This document shows positions 48,235 through 55,993 of a stretch of DNA of 64,000 nucleotides, one piece after another (position 1 is the first letter of the stretch; each line of letters starts with the position of its first letter). A program made the translations under genes and the position numbers. This stretch comes from a virus, in IMG/VR virus record IMGVR_UViG_3300021466_000176. One strand, written 5' to 3'. Below the pieces are notes generated by a model. It saw only the letters and a list, made by a program, of their open reading frames with translations, ran no database searches and had not been told where the DNA came from.

Positions 48235-49428
48235 TTAACTCACCGACTGGCCGGCATCAATCATGGGCGATCCGCTTGCGAGGCGAAGGAATTCCCCGGT
48301 TACCCGGTTAAAAGCTGTCCCAACCGCCGTATCGACGAACCAGGAGTCTTGAACATCACTCGCCGCCACTTGCCAACTGTTCGTCTGTCCTGTTACAGCC
48401 GATAGCTCGCTGCCTGACTGATTCCCGATGTTATCGTAGAACGAGGTATCAGAATTCCCCGAATTAAGGTGGAACGAGTGGCCTGGGTTGACATAGCCGG
48501 CCCGACCGCTTTTTTGTCCGTTGTAGATGCACGTATTGTTATATATCTCATAACCGCCACCGTCCGAGCGGTTGTAGATTCCGGGGCCGCCATTGCCCCA
48601 GGAAACGTTGTCGTAACACTCGATGTTTTTCGCTACATCATCGTCGTAGCCGAGTTTGATCCCCGTCGAAGATGGGATTGTGTCCCCTTCGGGGAACCTC
48701 GAACCGTCGGCTTGCATCCCGTTACCCCAGACGAGATTATTTCTAAATGTCAATCCATCCGACGCTATGGCGTCGACGCCATCGTCTGAGTTGTGATGGA
48801 GTGCGCAGTGTTCAACGAGGAGGTCATTGTAATAGGGGTTGTTTGCTCCCCCAGCGCCGATACCGTCAGCGTCACCCCCAATCGTACTTCCCGTGTCGTT
48901 CGCGTCGGGACCGAAGTTCATCCACGATTCGACGTATCGAACCACTCCGCCTGATCCCGTTGACCTAAGATGGATACCAGACCCACCGCAATGATGGATG
49001 TTACAGTCCGTGATCGACCCACCAGTACCGAGTCCTACCGAGTCGCCAGATGTGATGCCCGGGCCGAGTGCACCGTCGATTTCGAGGCCAGTGATAGTCA
49101 TGCCTGTTGACGAACCGTTGAAGTGCAGCGCACCATCCCCCGATGAATCGGTTCCCGAGCCGGTCGTCGTTAGTGTGGGTGCTTCGCCGGGTTCAGCTTT
49201 GAACGTGAGATTGTTAACATCATAATACCCCGACCTGTTAGCTTCGTCGAGGACGATAGCCGATCCGTCGCCTTCCAAGAAGATGACCGTATCCCCATCG
49301 GATACGGGGTCGATCTGTGACCCGTAGGGATAGGTCGGCTCCCAGTTCTCGTAGGGGTTCGATTTTGTTCCGTCACCGTTACTGTTCGATCCATTCGGCG
49401 AGACGTATTTCGTTGCCATGATTATCAC
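48235..49428 (-). CDS. Polysaccharide lyase family 9-like beta-helix protein
   Basis: YVSPNGSNSNGDGTKSNPY start, GDADGIG, HHNSDDGVD, GIKLG: pattern of PL9 Ca-binding Asp residues and catalytic Lys. Confidence 0.75.
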   Translation of the reverse strand: MIIMATKYVSPNGSNSNGDGTKSNPYENWEPTYPYGSQIDPVSDGDTVIFLEGDGSAIVLDEANRSGYYDVNNLTFKAEPGEAPTLTTTGSGTDSSGDGALHFNGSSTGMTITGLEIDGALGPGITSGDSVGLGTGGSITDCNIHHCGGSGIHLRSTGSGGVVRYVESWMNFGPDANDTGSTIGGDADGIGAGGANNPYYNDLLVEHCALHHNSDDGVDAIASDGLTFRNNLVWGNGMQADGSRFPEGDTIPSSTGIKLGYDDDVAKNIECYDNVSWGNGGPGIYNRSDGGGYEIYNNTCIYNGQKSGRAGYVNPGHSFHLNSGNSDTSFYDNIGNQSGSELSAVTGQTNSWQVAASDVQDSWFVDTAVGTAFNRVTGEFLRLASGSPMIDAGQSVS

Positions 49429-49433
49429 CCCTA

Positions 49434-51587
49434 TTAGCTAATCGTGTACGAGCCGTTCGTCGTGGTATCCTGGGAACTGCTGGTGCCGGTATTCGAGTCT
49501 ACGCCCCCGTTATCGACGATAATGGCAACCATCTTCGTCTCACCCGATGAGTTCGCAAACGAGGCCAGTGGAGATCCTGACCCGCTTGCACTCGACGTGG
49601 TGCCATCGCCCTGAAGGATTTTTTCGCCCTGAACGGCCGTTCCGGAGTCATTAATCAAAATTGAAAGATCGAGTCCCGTCGGTGGTGGATCGGGGAGATC
49701 GCTTGAGTTTTTGATTCCGAGGGCTGCTTCGGAGACAGCGAGCGTCTGTCCGTCCGGAACTGGGAGAGCTATGATCTGACCGGCCGTTCCTGCGGCGATT
49801 GTTCCAGATTCCGAAAAACGCGGCTCGCCCTCGTTATCAAGAGACCAGGTTACATTCCCCGATCCGTCAGCAGAGGGGACGGTACCGGAGGTCGCTGATC
49901 CGCTCGAAAACTGATTGAGGTCTGTGCTCGCCGGATCGAGTTGGGTGTCCGTATCCGTTGCGAGAGTTTCAACATCGTAGCTATTCCCCGAAGAGGCGTC
50001 AGTTATGGACCCGGCTTCGAGATTTTTCAGGCCAAGGCCGAGACCGTCGCCATCACGACCGAACGTCGCTTTTGCAGTACCACCTGGATAATACGCCCGG
50101 ATCTCATACCCATTTTTCAATGCAACGGCATTGAAAATCTGTGTGTTCGACGCCCCGGCGTCAGCGACGACCATGTTCGTCGGGTGTTCATAGAAGCCAC
50201 CGTGAAGTGTCGGACTGTTGAAGAAACCATCGAAGTCCGGCCCGAACCGGAATGAACTCGTGTTCGAAGCGTGCTCTTCAGTCTTCCCGCCCGAAATTGT
50301 CAAGCCCCACATCCGAGTATCAGCGTTGAACTCGAACCCTACTGCCCCATCATCGAACAGGAATATCTGTGGAGACTCGAAGAGACAATACTGCATGTTG
50401 CCTCGCATCCGGATTCCGGCCTCATCAGTATCGAGCGAACACGGACCGATGTAATTCCCCTGGAACGAATCGGTCCCGCCCGAAGTAGAGTCAGGATTGT
50501 ACGTCGCGCCGACGAAATCGATACAGTAATCTGACCGGACTGTTCCGCCGCTCGGAAGCAAGCTATTCGTCTCGGACCAACGATCCTGATTCCGTAACTC
50601 GATCCCTTTGACAGGTGCATTAGTACCGCCGTCAAACGAAACGTTGTACGGGTCGATGATACAGCCGCCGATATCCAAGAGCTGACACCATCCTTGTGCA
50701 TCACCCGTTGCGAACCACTGCCCGCCAGTGAGGACGAACGGTGCGGGGTCAGATTTCTTGTATTCCCCGCCAGTAGTAACGATAAGCGGCCATCCCGATC
50801 CTGGGTATTCGATTTCGACGTTATGGTCCACCTCGATATGGACACCAGCTTTGAAATCGGACTTCGGGTCGATAACGAGGTCTCCTGTCCATTGCCAAGC
50901 CGTACCATCATCCTTGGGAGTGATTCGAACACGACCCTGATCGCCAGCGTTTGCACTGAGGTAATCTAAAGCGTTGGAAAGTTTTGCCGATAAGTCCCCA
51001 CCGCTAAACTCACGTGCATAAGCCTCGTTGTTGACACTGGTTGGAGAGATGGCAGTTCCATCACTGCCGCTACCCAGTGACCCGCCGATCGGTCCTGTAT
51101 CCGCGACGAGACTGTCGTCTTGATCAACGATCTGAAATTCGCCAGTCCCGCTCTCACGCGTAACGAAGACTGCTGCTGTCGTATCGACTTTCGTTTGAGT
51201 TATCGAAAGAGTCGATCCCGACTGACTCACATCAACAGTGTAGTCTCCAGCATCGAGCGGGACGCGTTCGGTGAGGAATGAAACAGTCGTGCTACCACCG
51301 GAAGCCACTGACCCACTCGACTTCGTTTGTGGATTCGAAATAGTCGGGAACGAGACAGCGGGGTCGGATGTACTCGACCCGTCGTGAAGCGCAACTGTAA
51401 TGTCCTCAGTAGCTGCACTCGACGTATTGTTCTCTATTGTTACTTCGATGTACTCGTTAATATCCCGGTCATATCCTGCGACAAAACTGGTTGACTTGGG
51501 CGTTGAAGTCTCTACTACCGGGTCCGGGGCTAACTCAGGTGGCGTCCCGATAATACTCTCATCGAGTTTATCTCGTCTTCCACTCAT
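49434..51587 (-). CDS. Fibre/spike-like protein with central beta-helix
   Basis: LSNALDYL cap, beta-helix-like repeats, SGSATSGTVPSADGSGNVTW motif shared with tail fibres. Confidence 0.65.
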   Translation of the reverse strand: MSGRRDKLDESIIGTPPELAPDPVVETSTPKSTSFVAGYDRDINEYIEVTIENNTSSAATEDITVALHDGSSTSDPAVSFPTISNPQTKSSGSVASGGSTTVSFLTERVPLDAGDYTVDVSQSGSTLSITQTKVDTTAAVFVTRESGTGEFQIVDQDDSLVADTGPIGGSLGSGSDGTAISPTSVNNEAYAREFSGGDLSAKLSNALDYLSANAGDQGRVRITPKDDGTAWQWTGDLVIDPKSDFKAGVHIEVDHNVEIEYPGSGWPLIVTTGGEYKKSDPAPFVLTGGQWFATGDAQGWCQLLDIGGCIIDPYNVSFDGGTNAPVKGIELRNQDRWSETNSLLPSGGTVRSDYCIDFVGATYNPDSTSGGTDSFQGNYIGPCSLDTDEAGIRMRGNMQYCLFESPQIFLFDDGAVGFEFNADTRMWGLTISGGKTEEHASNTSSFRFGPDFDGFFNSPTLHGGFYEHPTNMVVADAGASNTQIFNAVALKNGYEIRAYYPGGTAKATFGRDGDGLGLGLKNLEAGSITDASSGNSYDVETLATDTDTQLDPASTDLNQFSSGSATSGTVPSADGSGNVTWSLDNEGEPRFSESGTIAAGTAGQIIALPVPDGQTLAVSEAALGIKNSSDLPDPPPTGLDLSILINDSGTAVQGEKILQGDGTTSSASGSGSPLASFANSSGETKMVAIIVDNGGVDSNTGTSSSQDTTTNGSYTIS

Positions 51588-51589
51588 GA

Positions 51590-51820
51590 TTAGAGGTGAC
51601 TGTACGTGCCGAGAATCGAATCATACGGGATGTAGTACTGGCGTAGCTTCTTGTCTACGAAGAGGTGATCCTCGTTGAACTCAGTCTCTGGAGGATGGAC
51701 TTCGAGCACCGATTCCTCGTCCTCACCTCCAGCAAACCCATCGACGATCAGATGAAGCTCGCCGCGCTGTTCTACGTCCCCGCCTCCGGTCAGTAAGTTC
51801 TCTAATAGTTCTTTTTCCAT
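51590..51820 (-). CDS. Small hypothetical protein
   Basis: 76 aa acidic ORF with GAGGTA upstream. Confidence 0.6.
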   Translation of the reverse strand: MEKELLENLLTGGGDVEQRGELHLIVDGFAGGEDEESVLEVHPPETEFNEDHLFVDKKLRQYYIPYDSILGTYSHL

Positions 51821-51888
51821 TGTTTACCTCTTACCTCTTAACAGCAAGTCAGATACCCGATACAGAATCCCAGTCCAACGTATTGTTG

Positions 51889-52152
51889 TTATTCGTTGCT
51901 TATCTGAGGGTGTTCGACACCGAATACATCCTTATATATGCTCGCCAGATCCTGCTTATAATTCGCTATCTCGTCCGGCGGCAGGTACTCGAATCCTTCT
52001 TTTATCTCCCGCTTGAGTTCCCTCTCAGTTGCATTGCTCGGATCGAACATATTGTGCATGTAGGGTTTAGCATACTGATACTGAAGCGCACCTCGGCGTT
52101 TCAGATACTCTTCCATGTTCGCCTTCGTCTCCTCGTCTTTTATAAATAACAT
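51889..52152 (-). CDS. Small hypothetical protein
   Basis: ATG 52152 overlaps the portal stop (TAATG). Confidence 0.6.
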   Translation of the reverse strand: MLFIKDEETKANMEEYLKRRGALQYQYAKPYMHNMFDPSNATERELKREIKEGFEYLPPDEIANYKQDLASIYKDVFGVEHPQISNE

Positions 52153-54797
52153 TAGAACTTCCCTCTCCATTTTTCTGTCATTAATACTTCATCTTTAAGC
52201 TTCGAACAGAACTGCCTCGGAGAGCGTATCTCGCCGGACATATCGGCAACACAGGTTCTCCACGTGCCACCAAGTGACGCCCATGCCTGGAGAACGGATT
52301 TCCGATTCCAACCATTTGGTAACCTCTTGAATCCAACGTACGGATCTCCGGCGTTCGCTCGGGGGAGATCCTCAACCGGAACAGTATCCCGATAGGAGTT
52401 TACAGCTCGACTCACCTCATCCGGATCATCGAGGTCATCGACCTGATCGTACCACGAATGGGAGTTCTCACGATCCGAATCAGCGAGGTCCTTCGAATCC
52501 ATATCTTCTTCGCCCTCACTCGTTTTCTTCAGATCGCTCGCACTGACAATCGTGAATCCACCGGACTCTTTCGCAACGACGTAAACCGGGCTGTCCGAGG
52601 AAGCTTCTACTTCCTCGTCGGAGTCGGTAGATGGGTCCTCGAAGTTCGAAGTCATCTTCGCAACGATAACGCCGAACTCCCCATCGACTTCGACCGTCGA
52701 TCCTTCACTATACGAAGCGTTGTAGCGGCTCAATGGGTCCCATGCCCAGTTTCGAAGGCTTATCGTCGCTTTCGATGGACACTGAACTTCATTGCCGTTC
52801 TCGTCTTCAGTTTTCGGACCATCGTCCTCGGATCCTCCCGAGCGCGCGCCACGCATCCGGGAGTTGAACGATATGGTCCGCTTCGCGTCTTTGATGTCCT
52901 TCGCCGTCCACTCGCTTTTGTTCTTCCGAAGCAAACGGAGGTTTCTCTTGATTACAGCATTCGTATCAACGGATGCCTCAGAAGCACACGGATTGTCGGC
53001 CCAATCTTCAAGTTGAGTAGCCGACATATTTGTGTTCTCCCTCCACTTCTCGTACACGTCGTCGAGTTCATCCATCGACGCATCCACGCGACGATAGAGA
53101 TGATAATCCTCGATCGCATCGAACCGTGTCCCATCGTAGCTTCGGTCCGCTTCGGTCGTGTTCATTTCATTTCCTCCTTGAGCACCCTCCGAAAGGCGTG
53201 CCTGCTGTGCTTGAGTTGCTGGATCGGATTCATCGATAGGCCCGGATGATGGGGGGACTTCCTCTTCTACGTTCGGAGCCTCCGAACCCCGCTTTGGGTC
53301 CCATCCGAATATTTCTTTTCGGAATTCGGCCATCGTACCGAGCCGGCTTGCCTGTCCTCCAGTGAGGGACGCAACAGCACTCCCGAACCCGGATGCGATC
53401 TGGGCCATCTCCTTCTTGCTCGGCTCGTCCAGCGAGGACCAGTTAACGGTATATTCGCCGGACTCCGATTCGGGGGCGGAGATGATTCCCGCCCAAACCA
53501 GTTTATCTATCATCGGACGGAGAATCGACGGCTCGACGTAGGTGTTACGACGCCGAGCAATCGTCTGAGACCACATTTTCGAGTCCTCAGTGGTACTACG
53601 TTCTCCAGTCTCGTTCCCTGTGAGAACGCTTTGTGGGATATCGAGTGCGGCGCTGATCGCCTTGTATTGCTGATTCATGTGATCAGCAGGCGAGGAGACG
53701 TTAGGGTCGAGAGGCTCGATGTTACCCGTAGTAGCAATCGTTCTGGAGAAGTTCTCCAGGTGATCCTCTATTTCCTCCTCTATATCCGAAGAGTCTTCGA
53801 ATTGAAGCGTGCGACCGAGAGAGTCCTCCGGCGGCCGTACGACGTAGCCTTGGTATCCTCCTCGCCAATACCCTTCGGCGCTCGCTCCGAGGATCTTATC
53901 AGCATCCACCAGCCTATTGATGATGGGCTGGAAGAACGGAAGGCCCCGCAACGAGTCCATGATAGCCCCCTCGACTACATGAACCGCGCGCGTGTGATGA
54001 ACCGTATTGGAAATCTGCCCGAGTTCCTCAGTCTGGCGGGATACCTCGTAGCTCTGTGGACGACCGTACCGCTCGTCGTTGATGTCTTCGACGATGTTGA
54101 TGTCAGCTTGGGTGTCCGGATAGACCTCGATATAGGTTATCCCTTCGAGCCCATCGGAGGACAAATCGCCCTCGCTGATCTCATCGCTGATATCACCGCC
54201 ATCGCTGAAGCCGAACACCACAACTGCGTATTCCCCAAGCGAAGCGATAATATCAGCGGCGATCATCCGCTGTAAGGGTGGGGATCGGAGGCCGATACCA
54301 GGCCCGGAATTAGTGAAAAACTTCCGCAAGTCGGTCTCGAAATCCGTACTGTTTTCGTTTTCCTTGGGTTGATTTATTTCTTGGATACCGTCTTTGATGA
54401 CAGGAGTTTGTTGCCAGGAATCATCTACGTACTTGTTCAAAATACCGTTTGCGAGTCCCTGTCGGGTGAACCGTCCGAAGTACTGATCGAAATCAAGGTT
54501 CTCGTCGCTTGGATACTTGAGCGCGGCGTATAGCGTGTCCTGTATCTGATCGGAATTCAGCGACGAGGCGAGCCCGCTCCGCCCACCAGCGAACGGATTG
54601 TCGCTGGCCGTTTGATTGAACCTGCTGCCGTCGTTCGATTCCGGACCAAGCGTCCCACCGGCCATCCGGTTCACACGAGCGAAGATATCCTCCTCAGTCG
54701 TGACGTGAGACCCCTCGAATCCAGTAGCATATGGTGACCGACGCCTGGAGCCACCGCTATTTGCGCGGCTCTCGTTGTCTTCGCTCTCACCAGTCAT
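52152..54797 (-). CDS. Portal protein (DUF1073-like) with C-terminal accessory domains
   Basis: VHHTRAVH, LRGLPFFQP, LGASAEGYWRG, ISAALDIPQSVLTG, LRPMIDKL motifs; about 330-aa C-terminal extension. ATG 54797 chosen. Confidence 0.9.
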   Translation of the reverse strand: MTGESEDNESRANSGGSRRRSPYATGFEGSHVTTEEDIFARVNRMAGGTLGPESNDGSRFNQTASDNPFAGGRSGLASSLNSDQIQDTLYAALKYPSDENLDFDQYFGRFTRQGLANGILNKYVDDSWQQTPVIKDGIQEINQPKENENSTDFETDLRKFFTNSGPGIGLRSPPLQRMIAADIIASLGEYAVVVFGFSDGGDISDEISEGDLSSDGLEGITYIEVYPDTQADINIVEDINDERYGRPQSYEVSRQTEELGQISNTVHHTRAVHVVEGAIMDSLRGLPFFQPIINRLVDADKILGASAEGYWRGGYQGYVVRPPEDSLGRTLQFEDSSDIEEEIEDHLENFSRTIATTGNIEPLDPNVSSPADHMNQQYKAISAALDIPQSVLTGNETGERSTTEDSKMWSQTIARRRNTYVEPSILRPMIDKLVWAGIISAPESESGEYTVNWSSLDEPSKKEMAQIASGFGSAVASLTGGQASRLGTMAEFRKEIFGWDPKRGSEAPNVEEEVPPSSGPIDESDPATQAQQARLSEGAQGGNEMNTTEADRSYDGTRFDAIEDYHLYRRVDASMDELDDVYEKWRENTNMSATQLEDWADNPCASEASVDTNAVIKRNLRLLRKNKSEWTAKDIKDAKRTISFNSRMRGARSGGSEDDGPKTEDENGNEVQCPSKATISLRNWAWDPLSRYNASYSEGSTVEVDGEFGVIVAKMTSNFEDPSTDSDEEVEASSDSPVYVVAKESGGFTIVSASDLKKTSEGEEDMDSKDLADSDRENSHSWYDQVDDLDDPDEVSRAVNSYRDTVPVEDLPRANAGDPYVGFKRLPNGWNRKSVLQAWASLGGTWRTCVADMSGEIRSPRQFCSKLKDEVLMTEKWRGKF

Positions 54798-54874
54798 CGG
54801 CAAAGGGGGAAGGGGGTGGGTTGGGTCCGGCCTACAGCATCGCTTGGCCGGTGTTTCACGCTTTATTCTTTCTG

Positions 54875-54888
54875 TATTTAAGTATTTC
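54875..54888 (-). promoter_or_regulatory. BRE/TATA promoter upstream of portal
   Basis: Minus strand reads gaaata-CTTAAATA about 80 nt before the portal ATG. Confidence 0.55.
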
Positions 54889-55067
54889 TAAAGTGAACGG
54901 AGCAGTTCCCTGAAACCCATGACGTTATCATAGCACTGAGCTTCAGACGGGTGGATCTCGACAACGTATCCGAGGTCGGGTCCGAGGTCGAAGGTATCGG
55001 CCGGATTATCGACCTCTTCGGCTTCGATCAAGCCTGTTTCCGAATCTTCGTATAATTTGAATGGCAT
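54888..55067 (-). CDS. Small acidic hypothetical protein (59 aa, below the ORF-track cutoff)
   Basis: Manual translation: MPFKLYEDSETGLIEAEEVDNPADTFDLGPDLGYVVEIHPSEAQCYDNVMGFRELLRSL. Confidence 0.6.
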   Translation of the reverse strand: MPFKLYEDSETGLIEAEEVDNPADTFDLGPDLGYVVEIHPSEAQCYDNVMGFRELLRSL

Positions 55068-55261
55068 TGTGTACTGAAAAATGGTGGTCTGATCGGTTAG
55101 TAGCTACCGATCCAAATCGGAAAGTGGGTCACGTGCAATTCCAACCTATCGGGGTGGTATGATATCCGATAGTTGGGTGTAACCTAATGTTCAGATCTAC
55201 ACTACCGTCGGTACGAATCGATACACCGTTCGTATCCTCAGTGTTTTTCTTCATAGTTCGG

Positions 55262-55990
55262 TTACGCTCCAACGAGCAGCCGAAGAACCCGGACGAACTG
55301 GTCTACAGCTCCGGTCTCGACGAGACCTAAACCCAAAGCCTCGTTAATCGCGGAGAACATCGTGCCGAGAGCGAGACCGACGCCGGTCTGGACCGTCATC
55401 TGCGTGGGGTTCAATCCGAACCTCGTCCGAGCTTTCTTGCGCTTTCTTTTGAGTATCCTCTTCAGCACGGGTCTTGAGTTGAGGTACTTCGAACTGCTGC
55501 CAAGAGCGAGAATCACAACAGCGAAAATTCCGGTTATTACGGTCCACAATGCAGGAGAGGCACTATCGAGACCCGGCCACGCCCCGATCGCGGCTGTGAA
55601 ACCCCCAATTGTCATGATACGTTCCTCTGGGTCGTTCCACTTCCGGATGGCCCACGAACGCAATCCCGCAACGGCAAGCCCACTTCCGGACGAGGGTACC
55701 GGCCGAGGAACACCGATCAAGGCTTCTACCCTCGCACAAACCTTCTTCGTCGTCCGCTTACTGTTCCACTCGGCTTCGGACATGTGACCCGTCTCCCCGG
55801 TGCGATTATTTGCGTATCCGACATGCCCCCGTAGCGATCTCAGCCTACTATCCGATGGGGATTTCGGGTTCGTCTCGTCCCATCCACAGATACACCGATA
55901 CCGGCTCTCATCGTCCTCATTCGAGAACTCGAAATCCGATCTTTCATCCGGGTCCGTTCGTATCCACGCGGACTTGTTTTCAACTTTCAT
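55262..55990 (-). CDS. Membrane protein with N-terminal zinc-finger-like motif
   Basis: YRCICG...LRGHVG...GH followed by 2-3 hydrophobic helices and a basic KRILKRKRKK loop. Confidence 0.65.
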   Translation of the reverse strand: MKVENKSAWIRTDPDERSDFEFSNEDDESRYRCICGWDETNPKSPSDSRLRSLRGHVGYANNRTGETGHMSEAEWNSKRTTKKVCARVEALIGVPRPVPSSGSGLAVAGLRSWAIRKWNDPEERIMTIGGFTAAIGAWPGLDSASPALWTVITGIFAVVILALGSSSKYLNSRPVLKRILKRKRKKARTRFGLNPTQMTVQTGVGLALGTMFSAINEALGLGLVETGAVDQFVRVLRLLVGA

Positions 55991-55993
55991 CGC

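Noticed and set aside
52152-54797. Calling the portal an anti-CBASS Acb1 nuclease
   Set aside because: Automatic labels of this family can say so, but the C-terminal extension shows no paired HxT/S motifs of a 2H phosphoesterase.
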